NCBI RefSeq assembly: GCF_001194135.2 | Contig: NC_068982.1 | Location: forward strand, 165,486,616-165,534,192 | DNA length: 47,577 nucleotides | Reading direction: 5' to 3' | Source of the DNA: Octopus bimaculoides | Lineage: Eukaryota | Shown: in pieces, positions 12,485 to 24,992 of the stretch | Layout of the letters: the number at the start of each line of letters is the position of its first letter | Numbering within the stretch: position 1 is the stretch's first letter | Translations under genes and position numbers: made by a program | Notes under the pieces: generated by a model | Told to the model about the DNA's origin: nothing | Databases searched by the model: none | Seen by the model: the letters and a program-made list of their open reading frames with translations, nothing else

Positions 12485-13085
12485 TTCGGGGAAAAATCAA
12501 AAATTATCCGCACTCTTGCCATAACATATCTCTGTTATTGACACACTTCCTTCTACGCATGCGTGCTTATAGTTAGTACTATTGTGGTCATGTGATCGAC
12601 GATTGAGCCTGATGGTACCATTTTTCTTTCTGGCTTTACAGAGTAAGCATGGGAGCTCCACTAGCAATGTGCACCAAAGAAGAACAAAGAGCATTGATCA
12701 GATTTCTCTTGTCGGAAGGTATCAGGACTTGGAAGAGAGGTGTACAATCAATAGTGTAAGAAACAGTGCTTTGCCGGCCAACAAACTGTAGCCAGCAGTT
12801 ATCACCAAGCGCCGAAGCCTATTATCGAAGCAAGCCTTGTTGCTACATGAGGATGCTCGCTCACACAAGGCTCCCCAGACCGATGAAACCATTAACCAAC
12901 TGTGCTAAATTGATGAATTTCAGCACCTGACACATTTTTCGACCAGAAAAATCAGATCACTGCTTTTTGTTCTTCTTTGGTGCATATTGCTACTGTAGCT
13001 TACACTGAAAAGCCAGAAAGAAAAATGGCATGATCAAGTTCAAAATTCGATCACGTGACAACAATAGTACAACCCATAAGCACAC
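12485..13085. mobile_element. Fold-back mariner derivative built from two inverted 5' ends
   Basis: Left TIR-like aaatcaaaaattatccgcac. ATG at 12649 gives MGAPLAMCTKEEQRALIRFLLSEG. The middle gives KRRSLLSKQALLLHEDARSH (HDNARPH motif). 12911-13085 is the reverse complement of the 5' end (CTKEEQKAVI*FFWSKNVSGAEIH). Confidence 0.85.
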
Positions 13086-13086
13086 T

Positions 13087-14066
13087 CCTTATGCGATGAA
13101 TAAATTGCCGTCTAAATTACGTAAAACTGAAAAATAACACTGACATCTCATTTTAACGGATTTATTCAACAAAATTACATTATAATATCTTGAAATACTA
13201 AGGAGTAACATTGGCTGCAACCACGGCCTCCAGACGACTTCAGAATCACCTGCAACTATCCTGGACGGTCCCCTTGTTTCAGTTGGTGAGTGTTGCCTTA
13301 ATCTTTGCCTTCAGTTCATCTTTGGTGTTAGAAGGAGTTTTATTGGTCTCTCGTTCAACTGCGCCCCACATATAATAATCAAGGCGGTTGTAGTCTGGGA
13401 AGTTAGGTGGTCAGATGTTAGGGGTGATGTGGTCGCAGAAATTGTCTGACAGCCATGATTCGGTTCTCCTGCTTATGTGGCATGGTGCAGAGTCCTGTTG
13501 CCAGACATAGGCATTTCCAACAGCCACACACTTAACCCAGAGCAGCACTAACACTCCTCCAGGCACTTGATGTAGATCTCCGTGTTGAGTCTGACGTCGT
13601 GTGGGAAGATGAATGGAGGCGTAACGTCGCTATTACTAGTGATCACTCCAAACACAATGATGTTGACTGGATGTTTCAATTGTAATTGTAGAGTGGTCGG
13701 TTAATATTTTTTTTTACATTTAAATTGGAGGAACAAATGGTAATGCGTTGAACGATGTGATAAAACAGAAATACCTGGAGTTGAAATTTTGTTGGAATTG
13801 TTTATCCCCACATGGGGACACGGCAAGTCGACGGTTGTGTGTGTTCGCCATCTGATCCTGGCAGAAATGTTTCTCGTCTGACTTCTGGACTGTCCTCTGA
13901 TTGACACCCAAACACTCTGAAATGTTCGTATTGGAGATTTCGGCGCGAATGCCAAGTAGTACGCATGTCGTTTCCACGTTTCTAGCAAAGTGAATTGCGT
14001 TATGGTGCTGTTTTTCTCACAGACATTGCGCAATATAAAATGGTGACAATTACCCATCGCACCCTG
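13087..14066 (-). mobile_element. Deleted DD37D (maT-like) transposon
   Basis: TIR CAGGGTGCGATGGGTAATTG followed by TA at 14067, with a degenerate TIR near 13090. Minus strand decodes HPVNIIVFGVITS..PPFIFPH..QQDSAPCHISRRTESWLSDNFCDHITPNI*PPNFPDYNRLDYYMWGA, 37 residues between D2 and D3. Confidence 0.9.
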
Positions 14067-14258
14067 TATGTATATATATACACATGTGTGTGTGTATACG
14101 TGTGTATATCTGTGTGTGTATACGTGTGTATATCTGTGTGTGTATATGTGTGAGTGTGTGTATGTATTTACATGTAAATGTGTGTAAGCACGCAGATGTA
14201 CAAGGCAAATCAATGCATTTACAATTTAAATTAATCTCTTAATATGATGAACAACAGA

Positions 14259-14465
14259 AGTCGACAAGCTGCCAGCATCTTTAACATGCCACGCAAAATG
14301 CATTGCAGCATTTCGTCCGTCTTCACGTTTTGAGTTCAAACACCGCCAAGAAAAACTTTCATTCTTTCGGGGTCGATAAAATAAATACCAGTTGAGTACT
14401 GGGGTCGATGTAATCGAGTTAGACACCCGAGATTGTTGGCGTTGTGCCAAAATTTGAAGCCAATA
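14259..14465 (+). mobile_element. SINE family A copy 4 (tail variant tgtgccaaaatttgaagccaat)
   Basis: gagttcaaacaccgcc..ctttcggggtcgataaaataaataccagttgagtactggggtcgatgtaatcga matches the other copies. Confidence 0.85.
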
Positions 14466-14750
14466 TGCTAAACAATAGGAAAGCATTAATATAGCAAATT
14501 TAAATAAGAAAATTACAGTTCAATGATTGTTGACGATGTTTAGATTATCTTTTAGCATTTGTCCTTAACGTTGTAATCGTAGCTGGTAGACTTAATCCAC
14601 CGCTTGTTTAGACACCACTACCTTTCAATGCAGTACTGTTGAATGTTTTAGGTCCAAAGTCGTAGTAAGACTAAACTTCCTTCTTTCCTCCTACAAGTCA
14701 AGCTGGTCACAAAAATGTTCGTAGCACTAGACTAGGCTCTAAAAGGTCGA

Positions 14751-14845
14751 AGTGGAGGCGCAATGGCCCAGTGGTTAGGGCAGCGGACTCGCGGTTGGAG
14801 GATCGCAGTTTCGTTTCCCAGACTGGGCTTTGTGTGTGTTTATTG
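14751..14845 (+). mobile_element. 5' tRNA-like head of a third octopus SINE family, 3'-truncated
   Basis: ggaggcgcaatggcccagtggttagggcagcggactcgcggttggaggatcgcagtttcgtttccc carries A- and B-box-like motifs. It does not fold as a complete tRNA. Confidence 0.7.
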
Positions 14846-17800
14846 TTATTCCTTTTTTTATATTTTGTGGCTGTAATTAATTTTTAATGCTGAATATTTT
14901 TACACATATTGTCCATATTGTGTTCTTATTGATAAAATAAAGTTATTAGATCCTAAGAAATGAGGAGTGAAATTTTGTTACTTAAATCTGTCGTTTAAGA
15001 AAATGGTGTCATGAAAATCATTATTTCAATTTCAGCTGACAAGATGGAGTTATAGCAAATTATGAGCTGCATTTTACTCCGTGTTGCTCCTCAGTTTAAT
15101 TTTGTATTTTTCCTAATATGAAAGGGTTTTTTTTATTAAGTTTGAAATATCTGCAGTTTTAAAAACATCTGTTGAAATGAAATGTGGGGATAAATAATTC
15201 CAACAAAATTTCAACTCCAGGTATTTCTGTTTTATCACATCGTTCAACGCATTACCATTTGTTCCTCCAATTTAAATGTAAAAAAAAATATTAACCGACC
15301 ACTCTACAATTACAATTGAAATAACATCACCGCGTTATTTCTGGTTATAATTACGTTTTTTATGAAGACACCTCTCTAAAAATGCTGATTTACTAAGTGT
15401 AACATTCATATTTTTTCAGTTATCTTTTATGGCATTAGTTATGTGGATCATCTTCAGTTGAGATATAGAAATTGAATTGATTACTCCCATCATATAGAGA
15501 GTATATCTTGCTAGATGCCACTAACCAACATTCCGCCCATGATATTCTAGTAATTACTTTCTTTCGGTTATAAAGATACATAATTTAGAGAATACATGTT
15601 ATAATGCCGCTAGGCCAAATACTCGTTCAAACAGCATTGCTAAATTGATACATTAATATATGTTCTTTACAGTTAGATGTTCAGTTGAGAAGACTGGGCT
15701 ATGTCTCTATAATTATGCTTCCTACTGTGAACAGACAATTGAAGTAGCAAACTTTACGCCTATTCTAAATTACTAATAACATTTCAAATAAAATTTAATA
15801 ACGTCAACATGTGATTTTATTCATTATTGAAAAGGTGTAACCTGTAGCATATAAACGGTTTCTAAATAAAGATTTTGTTATTGGACAGAGTTTCGTATTG
15901 AAGCACGTTTGGAAATGTGGAAAAATTGGAAGATTGAAATTACTATCATGATATGTTATTAAACTATTCAGATGTATATACAATGATAAATGTCCGAGCG
16001 TTCGTCATTTTATTAAACATGTAATATATTCTCCGTTGAACGTGTACAAAAACACAATTACTTTAATATTTTGCCCAACTTGTATTCCCAAATTGTTATC
16101 TTGCTATCCTACTCAATATATTGAATTCTGATTAAAACCACATGGACATAAAAGGAGTTGAATTGAAACGTAGTAACGTCTTGAAAAATATATAAATTCA
16201 GCTTTATGTGAAAGAGTTTTAAAAGAACGAAAACTTCAATTCTAAGAAGAAATAACAATGTTGGTGAGCTCTGACAGAAAGTCGAATTATTAGTAGTAGT
16301 GTCTAATGGAACAACCATTACCGCAACATTCTAACCGTTAATTTGTTAATATGCCTGTATTGTTGAAGATGTGTTATTCTAAGTTCTTTGTCTTGAATAT
16401 TAGGAGCTATAATACAAAATAAAGTTAAGAATGATGTACTGAAATAATGAGACAAATCATCTAAATTATAATTTGAGATTCTGGTGAAATTGTAAAATAA
16501 ACATTTGTGTAATTTTATTTCGTGCATTTCGATATAAGTTATTTAAATATTTATGGAGAATTAGGATGATACCAAGAATACCAAGCTATGTTCTATAAAT
16601 GAAAAAAACTGTTTACTCTAGAGGCCCTGTATATCTTACCGCTAACTATTGAAAACAATACGTGGTAAGCAAGGATACAAAAGCTAAGACAACAGAGTAT
16701 TGAAGACCTCTTCAAAGTCACTTCATCTCATTCACATCGGTATATGTGTTGTAAAAGTTAAAGAGATATAAATATATCACTTATGTTCCTCTAATACAAT
16801 AGAGTCCTAGCAGTAAATTGATAATATATATCTCAGACTTGAAATAACATCCTACTTTGAACTAGATAATGTACAAAACAGAAATGAGTGTGATAAAAAG
16901 GATCGCAATCGCATTTTACGCGCAAAGAAACGGTACCTTTGAGGAATTACATATCTTAACTTTCGTTAACGGCTCTTTTATGAAGAATAGATACATCCCT
17001 TAACTGAAGAGTTATGTATACAGGCTTTAGATCTTAGACTGACATGCTCGACTAAATTAATCTAACAAATACAGACCACCTAATATAACCCACGCGCTAA
17101 CAATTTAAAGAACAGAATGAACACAACTTGGCACTTTCGCAATTAAACAATTAAGTACGAGGTNNNNNNNNNNNNNNNNNNNNNNNNNNNNNNNNNNNNN
17201 NNNNNNNNNNNNNNNNNNNNNNNNNNNNNNNNNNNNNNNNNNNNNNNNNNNNNNNNNNNNNNNNNNNNNNNNNNNNNNNNNNNNNNNNNNNNNNNNNNNN
17301 NNNNNNNNNNNNNNNNNNNNNNNNNNNNNNNNNNNNNNNNNNNNNNNNNNNNNNNNNNNNNNNNNNNNNNNNNNNNNNNNNNNNNNNNNNNNNNNNNNNN
17401 NNNNNNNNNNNNNNNNNNNNNNNNNNNNNNNNNNNNNNNNNNNNNNNNNNNNNNNNNNNNNNNNNNNNNNNNNNNNNNNNNNNNNNNNNNNNNNNNNNNN
17501 NNNNNNNNNNNNNNNNNNNNNNNNNNNNNNNNNNNNNNNNNNNNNNNNNNNNNNNNNNNNNNNNNNNNNNNNNNNNNNNNNNNNNNNNNNNNNNNNNNNN
17601 NNNNNNNNNNNNNNNNNNNNNNNNNNNNNNNNNNNNNNNNNNNNNNNNNNNNNNNNNNNNNNNNNNNNNNNNNNNNNNNNNNNNNNNNNNNNNNNNNNNN
17701 NNNNNNNNNNNNNNNNNNNNNNNNNNNNNNNNNNNNNNNNNNNNNNNNNNNNNNNNNNNNNNNNNNNNNNNNNNNNNNNNNNNNNNNNNNNNNNNNNNNN

Positions 17801-19735
17801 NNNNNNNNNNNNNNNNNNNNNNNNNNNNNNNNNNNNNNNNNNNNNNNNNNNNNNNNNNNNNNNNNNNNNNNNNNNNNNNNNNNNNNNNNNNNNNNNNNNN
17901 NNNNNNNNNNNNNNNNNNNNNNNNNNNNNNNNNNNNNNNNNNNNNNNNNNNNNNNNNNNNNNNNNNNNNNNNNNNNNNNNNNNNNNNNNNNNNNNNNNNN
18001 NNNNNNNNNNNNNNNNNNNNNNNNNNNNNNNNNNNNNNNNNNNNNNNNNNNNNNTATATATATATATATATATATATTTACATATACATACATATATATA
18101 CACACACACACATACACATATATATACATGCATACACACATACATACCTAATTTCTGTCCTCCATTCTACGACCTATATTCCTATTTCTTTTCGAAAGTT
18201 AGTGTAGCTCTCGCGTGGAATCAATTTTGTATACATACCTCCTTTTATTTCTGCCTCTTGAAAATTAATAATATAGTAAGCTTTTCGGTTTTCAAGCCGT
18301 TACTTCTCTTTAGAACAAAGTTTACCTGCGTTTTCTCTCTTACCCTAACCAGAAACCGTTATAACGCTTTCTCCTGCCTTGCCTTTAGTTTATTTATCCT
18401 CGTTCACCATTTTCTTTAACTCTTTAATTGGTTACTAAAATACTCACTGCCTCTTGTCTTTCTTCACATTCCCCAACAACTAGACGCTAAATTCTTATAA
18501 ATCATAAAATGTCCTTCTTAGTTAATAATCGGAAATCCTTCTTCAGTGGTGTACGGTTCATAATTTTTTCACAATGATACAAAACCACTACAGACTATAC
18601 TATTTCAGTGAAGATGACTTGGAACTGGGTATTTCTTAAAATAAGTAATTTACTTTGCCATTTCATTTCAAACCTCGACGTACTCACCGGAAACTTGCTT
18701 CATCCCAAGAAGGTGTCGATTCAGACAAGGCATTACTCTTTCAGACTGCATGGATGTTTATCTCTCAACATATACAAAAGTAGCTGGTCTAGATAATTGT
18801 TGTTTCTACATTCACTTTCAGCGTATTATATTTACCGACTTGATGTTCCATCCTGTTTCAATGACCACCAGTAGGCAACAAGGAAACGGACAATCGTGTT
18901 TTTGATCATGTTTGTGGTCGATCAGGACAGGTTTAAGGCTAAAAGACAGCAACAACAATAACCATCTCTGAAGTTACTTCCACATTAGAAACTTGTCTAC
19001 CATATTAGCTTATCAAAAGTAACGAAATCGAAACACTTTATCTTAGTCTTCGGTGAAGAGGCTTGTCATGTTCAAACACTTCATCATTACTTAGAAACGC
19101 AAAAAGTCAGTTGTTTCTCATGTTTTCGCTTGCAGGTTTTTTCTGTACATCAATGTATGTTTCCTTATTATGTATAACAAAAGACATACAGACACACATC
19201 CGTACAACATTCACATTTTCCCAGAAAATATGACCGTTCCACCCTACTAGCAAGATATCTGACGTTTCTATGAACAAAAACCACTACTTTTATATGAGAC
19301 CTCAATGACATTCTCCAGTGGAAATATGCTTTGACAACACCGGGATTCACGAACCGGTTTCTAATTACAAAACACAATATAAAATATGTATAGAATTAAT
19401 CTACTTGCTATATATTTGAATTTAAGAGATGAATATATAAAATGCGGCATTAGTATTGAACACCGCAGGAGTATATTTCAATCGCACCATGATCGTACAG
19501 TAAAAATGCTACCTTATTTTATTGCCATTAAGCCAGTTATATTCTGGGGTTATAGGAACAGAATTTAATATCATTAGTTCAAACATCGACCATATTTTCT
19601 GTCAAAGGAAATCGTTATTACAGTAGACACAAGGAAATACGGAGATCAGAGAAAGTACACATACTTACATGACTGATTGTATGTGTGTATGTGCGCATAC
19701 ACATATGACTGTATATAAGTTTATATCATACACAC

Positions 19736-19812
<77 letters not shown>

Positions 19813-21273
19813 ATGTTATATTGTGACTTAAGCTCCCATCATATTTCTATTCGTTTCTTAGAACTTATAATTACGTTATTGTCTCTTACCATTATTATTT
19901 TATACTGAGCGCTAAAACGTTTTCTCATTCCGCACTTCAAAGAATATTGCTATTTATCTACCTATACATTTTGTAAATTGCTTTTTTGTTTTTATTTACT
20001 ATTTCTTTATAAATATTTTTATATTGAAAAGAATATTTTTTCTGATCCTTTCTTCTATCCTATATCCCATTTTTTAAATCTTATTTTCATAATTCTACCA
20101 ATTTCTGAAACATTTTTATGCAGTACTGTTTTATTTTATAGATATTTTGCCCAAAATACTTTTACTAGCCTTAATCTATGTGATTTTAGATGAAGCATAA
20201 ACATTTAGGAGCTGAACATTTTATATTTTATTTCAAATGTTATAAAACAAATTTGTTACAACATTTTGCGTCGTCCAACAAATAATTGATTTCATGTAAA
20301 ATAAATGGGCAAAAAATGCATGCCAACTCTTCATTACTTTCCCCCAAGCTCTTACATGAAATATTTTCAAAGCATTGATAAATGTACAAGCTAAATTGTC
20401 ATTTAGACATGTTAACTGTAGTCTGGACACGTTTTAGAACAACAATCTGCTGAGCAACAGACTTCAAATACAGAGTTGTAGAACATATTTCCGACTTGAA
20501 TATTTAATTTGAAATGTTGTGTCGAAGCTGAAAATATTGAACTCTAGTGCAATAGTTGAGTCACGTCATGGCTGCCTCAGTTAAATTACACGATTGTAAT
20601 AACAACAATAAATGATTCATTCACATACATAGTATTGTGTTTCAAAAATTGCATGGTATCTTAATTCTTGAAGAGTCAAAGTTATATTTTCCAATGTAAT
20701 ATTTCCCTAAATAAAATTTTCGCTACTCCGTAATTTATTTAAAATCTATATCATTACAATGGAGACAACGCAAAAATTTGGCAATTCTCTTGTATATATT
20801 ATGAATAAATGATACGGTAGAATAGGAAATTGCAATCGCTTGTATATGTATAATGCAGTATGTGAATAGCTTTATAGCAATCGAAGCGTAGTTAACCTGC
20901 AAGGATAATTCTCAGCATTAAGAGTCGATACGTTATTAGAATTTGCCCGACCAAGTAAAAGTTGTTTTTTTTATACTATAGTTAAATACGTCTTATGGCT
21001 ACAAAATATTTGCTAAAGTAGTCATTTCCATTTCTCATAAGATATTCCCAATAAAGTGTTTATTATTTTTTCTTGTATTGATTAATAAAACAAGAACATT
21101 ATATGGTAACACGTTACGTCAATTAACTACAATTTTTCAGTCTTGGGTAAATTGCACATTGATCGTACAAATTTAAAACGCCAGTTCTAATAATAATAAT
21201 GATAGTAATAATAAATATAATAACATCAATAACAATAATTATTGTTGTTGTTGTTTTCGTTGTGATTGTAGAG

Positions 21274-21596
21274 TTTAGGTTCTCAAAATGGGCGTTACCA
21301 CCCTCCGGTGGGCATTGAGAGGGTCGTCCAGGTGGGCGCTGGTGTCTAAGGAAGTCGTTCAAGGGGTCGGTAAAGAAAAGGGAGGCATAATGAGGAAGGC
21401 AGTGGATTGGTGGACGCTATGAATTTATAATATTATGATAGTATTATATACAAATTATATAATATTATATTAAATATCAAATGATTCATAGTATATATAA
21501 ATTAGTAAAATATTTATACATGAAAATAGGGAGGGGACGCTGAGGGTATTATGTGGGCATGAAGGGGCACTGACCCCAAAAGTTTGAGAACCTCTG
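21274..21596. mobile_element. hAT-type MITE with an 8-bp TSD
   Basis: Termini (ttt)aggttctcaaa / tttgagaacctctg. TSD ttgtagag (21266-21273) and ttgtagaa (21597-21604), 7/8 identical and fitting the NTNTANAN target preference of Buster/Charlie hATs. Confidence 0.8.
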
Positions 21597-21599
21597 TTG

Positions 21600-21870
21600 T
21601 AGAATGAGAGAGCAACACATTCCATCAAAGTGATACTGGACTAATATACGAAGCTCAATATACCCATCATGACAACCCATTTGATAAGGGGACACCAGGC
21701 AGAATCATACACGAGGCACATGCTTACACCAGGCACTAGCGTGACATGGTGATCTCATATCAAGATATATAGCACATGATCTTGCAGGTGGGGCGCATTT
21801 ATAATTTTCTTCACATCGAGTAGCCCATCCCACTCAAATGTTCCCTGAATAAGGATTACTTAAGGCATTG
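21600..21870 (-). mobile_element. 3' end of a common octopus retroposon
   Basis: Minus strand gggatgggctactcgatgtgaagaaaatt..cacctgcaagatcatg..gatatgagatcaccatgtc..catgatgggtatattgagcttcgtata..gctctctcattc, recalled as an octopus LINE/SINE 3' UTR. Its (CAA/TAA)n tail continues beyond the hAT MITE at 21190-21260. Confidence 0.6.
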
Positions 21871-22904
21871 AAAGCAGAGAAAAAAGGGATAACAAAATGA
21901 GTACAAAAAGGATATGAAGAAGAATTACACAAGAAGGGACTCCACAATTCATTAGACTCACGAAAACACGTGCATAAATACACACACACACACACACACA
22001 CGCATACACACACACACACACACACATACCGGCATACAAAACTTCACGTGTTCGTGACATATCCTCAGTATCTCTCTTTCCCTCTAACTCTCCGTCACTC
22101 TTTCTTTCTCTCTTTCACACGCACATATACACAATCACACGCACACACAAAGACACACATGTTGTGCGTGTATGTGTGAGAATGGCGTGTATCTGTAATT
22201 GTCTATGTGTGTGTCACTGTAAATACTCGTGGAATGTGTGGCAGAATTTTTCATTGCGAAAATGTTTTTGTTTGTTTTATATCAATGTGCAAATTATTAT
22301 CATGTATGTTATAATATCCGTATAGCCATCTACAATAACTATAGTTGTTAATCTTTATACGCTGCTAATTATTCATTTAGAATCTTAAGTTTGTGATGTC
22401 TTGTGTTCGAACTCTGGTTCATTTGCGGTGATTAAATATATCTAGATTTAACTTTTAATTACAGGATGTATTAAGTACCCAGTTAAACAATTTATTTCTG
22501 ATACAATTGTTATGAATGAGTCTTGTCTGCAGTAGATTATTTATACTTCGATGAAATGTTAGATACGGAGCTTATAATAGCCGTGGTAATTACTGTGTGA
22601 ATAACAATTGCATTGTGTTCTGGAGTTCAAGGTTTTCGAGAAATACGGAACCACCCACCTTTCAGCTACAATTTTCCTGTCTCCACTCTAACCCGGAGTA
22701 GCAATATCTACTAAGGTTCCAGCAATGTACCGGAATTGCCTTGTACCGGAATTGCCTCCGGTACAAGGTCGGTCACAGATATTCCAACCGCCACATGTAA
22801 AATGAGACGCTTCAGAAAGTTTAGTTAAGTGAAGGCAGCTCCATAGAAATCCTATATCCTGATAACCACTTCGTCCTTGGCATTTGGTGCACCAGACATA
22901 TAAT

Positions 22905-23600
22905 AATATTGATATTATTTTCTCTTTATTACAGGTTTTGTTGGAGCTTCTGGAGTCTTGCATGTGTAGCGGGCTTAATACCTGCAGCCTAAGTTACCAT
23001 GTTATTCGTCCTTTTCAACTATTTAATACTTTATTGATTATTCTGGCCGTATGAAGGAGGCAAACCTTTTGTAACAGTTCTACTGGGCATTCTATTCCAA
23101 ATTCCTTTATATTCTCTTTGACGCCTTCTGATACTATTCTCAAGGAGCTAACAATAATTGGCACTATTTTCACGTTCATTTTCCATAGCTGGGCTATTTC
23201 GTACTTAAGAGGGTTGTATCTATCTATCTTTTCCCTTTCCTTCTTGAATAATAGGGGATCAAAGAGGCATGCAATATCAACTATATAGCACATGTGGTGC
23301 ACCTTGTCTACCACTACTATGTCTGGTCTGTTATGCTCTAGCATCTGATCTGTTGGGATTGGGAAATCCCAGAGTATTTTGCTAATCTTCGACTTTACCA
23401 CACTCTGAGGTTTGTTCTCATACCATGGCTCCCTAACCCCCAATTTTTGCACAGTTTCCAATGTAGTATTTTCGCTACCTGGTCGTATGGCCACAACCTG
23501 TAGTAGTTTTGGGCAAGTCTACGACATTCGTTCGTCATATGAACAATGGTTTCATCCACTCTATTGCAGATGCAGCACAATGGAGACGCTCATTCATCAG
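22905..23600 (-). mobile_element. 5'-truncated R4/Dong-clade non-LTR retrotransposon (CCHC knuckle, restriction-like endonuclease, 3' UTR)
   Basis: CCICNRVDETIVHMTNECRRLAQ..DQVAKILHWKLC (CCHC), then ILWDFPIPTDQMLEHNRPDIVVVDK..YIVDIACLFD..KEREKIDRYNPLKYEIAQLW (PD..D..K motif of the RLE). Stop at 23015, followed by a short UTR and a TAA-like tail. Confidence 0.9.
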
Positions 23601-24317
23601 ATTGACCCTGGAGTTGACCCAGGTTGATAATATTAATGTTAATATTGATAAATGATAATATTAATAATATTATTAATCTTCTTTTTCTTCTTCTTCTTCT
23701 TCTTGTAGGAAACGTAACAGGCCTTCTGCGAATTTTATAGTGGAGTAATATTGCTTGTTTTATGAATGACATCTACACTGAATCCATTTCTTCGTTAGTA
23801 ATATTTGAAATTCACATATAAATCGTTCATCTAAAAAGAAAGAAAAATACCAATTTTTCTATGTGCTATAATCATGCATGATCTATTTCCATGATCTAAT
23901 TAATATTTTCTGCATACATGCTTCACATCGGATGTCAACATACTTACTGATGTATACAATGCCACTCGTATTTGTGTGATAGTCAACAGTGTTGCTTATA
24001 TTTATATGATATTTTATTATTCAAAATGTCGAATCAGTCTGAAATACATTGATTCACCTCATCGAAGAATGCCTAGTCTGGTCCTGACATAAAATTGTAC
24101 TTTTGGAATCTTTCAAAGAGATAGAATTCTGTATTTGGAAAGGAACATAAGACAACTATTCCACGTATATTTTATAAATAGAGATATATTTTCGATTTCT
24201 TTTCTATTGCTACAGAACAGCTAAATATATTTCTATAATGCAGTCCTGTCTCTTGTGTGTAATTCTAGTGAAAATAACAGATAAAAGTTAATTCGACAAG
24301 AAATACCGAAATCTTCC

Positions 24318-24400
24318 TTGTTACACGAGCAATGCGTTCCTGAAAACTTACTGTAACGCGGAATCCTGTAATTTGAAGTTAATTTTCCAGTTGATTTTCA
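24318..24400 (+). mobile_element. Possible pogo/Tigger-like MITE end
   Basis: ccttgttacacgagcaatgcgttcctgaaaac..gtaacgcgg resembles pogo-type subterminal motifs. No partner end was found. Confidence 0.25.
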
Positions 24401-24425
24401 TGTAATAGTGATGGCGAGAGACAGT

Positions 24426-24426
<1 letters not shown>

Positions 24427-24480
<54 letters not shown>

Positions 24481-24481
24481 T
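24427..24481. repeat. (AGAT)n tetranucleotide microsatellite
   Basis: Directly visible. Confidence 0.98.
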
Positions 24482-24489
24482 AACAATTA

Positions 24490-24900
24490 CTTAAACATGA
24501 TTTGTGACATAATCGCGGCACAATGTGAAATCAGAACTATTTTTTCCGAACTGTTCTTCCAACTAGATGGACCATTTCCTCATTATGTTTTTGCAGTAAA
24601 AGACTATATTGACAATACTTTCCCACAGCATTGGATTTCACGATGTGGGAGTATTTAATGGCACCATGCTCACCCGGCTTAACAACAATGGACCTCTTTT
24701 GGTGGGAAGTAGTAAAGAATAATGTTTATGAGAAAAAAAATACACACAGTGGACGAATTAAATGAGTTTATCTGAGAAGATTTTATTGGAAGTGATGGTG
24801 ATTGGAATTTGTGTAGTGCCGTGAGTCGCAATGTTCTGGAAAGGTTTGAGGAAGTTTACAACAGTGAGAGGGGTTATTTGGAGCGTCTACGTGATTAAAC
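24490..24900 (+). mobile_element. Decayed 3' part of a DD41D Tc1/mariner transposase
   Basis: FFQLDGPFPHYVFAVKDYIDNTFPQHWISRCGSI*WPPCSPGLTTMDLFWWEVVKNNVYEK (one frameshift), D41D spacing, ends ..GYLERLRD*. Confidence 0.82.
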
Positions 24901-24943
24901 TTTGTTTAATAAATGAAATTTTTTTAAATGTATACCTATTTTT

Positions 24944-24992
<49 letters not shown>

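Noticed and set aside
14751-14830. tRNA gene
   Set aside because: It has A and B boxes but no complete cloverleaf, and matches a SINE head.
1518-19154. Plus-strand micro-exon candidates (1518-1546, 8665-8684, 19136-19154) and a minus-strand 24-mer near 3160
   Set aside because: AG/GT pairs of this quality are frequent in AT-rich DNA, and no coherent or recognisable protein emerges.
22935-22975. Strong plus-strand acceptor followed by GFVGASGVLHV*
   Set aside because: It is the antisense of the R4/Dong 3' UTR and tail.
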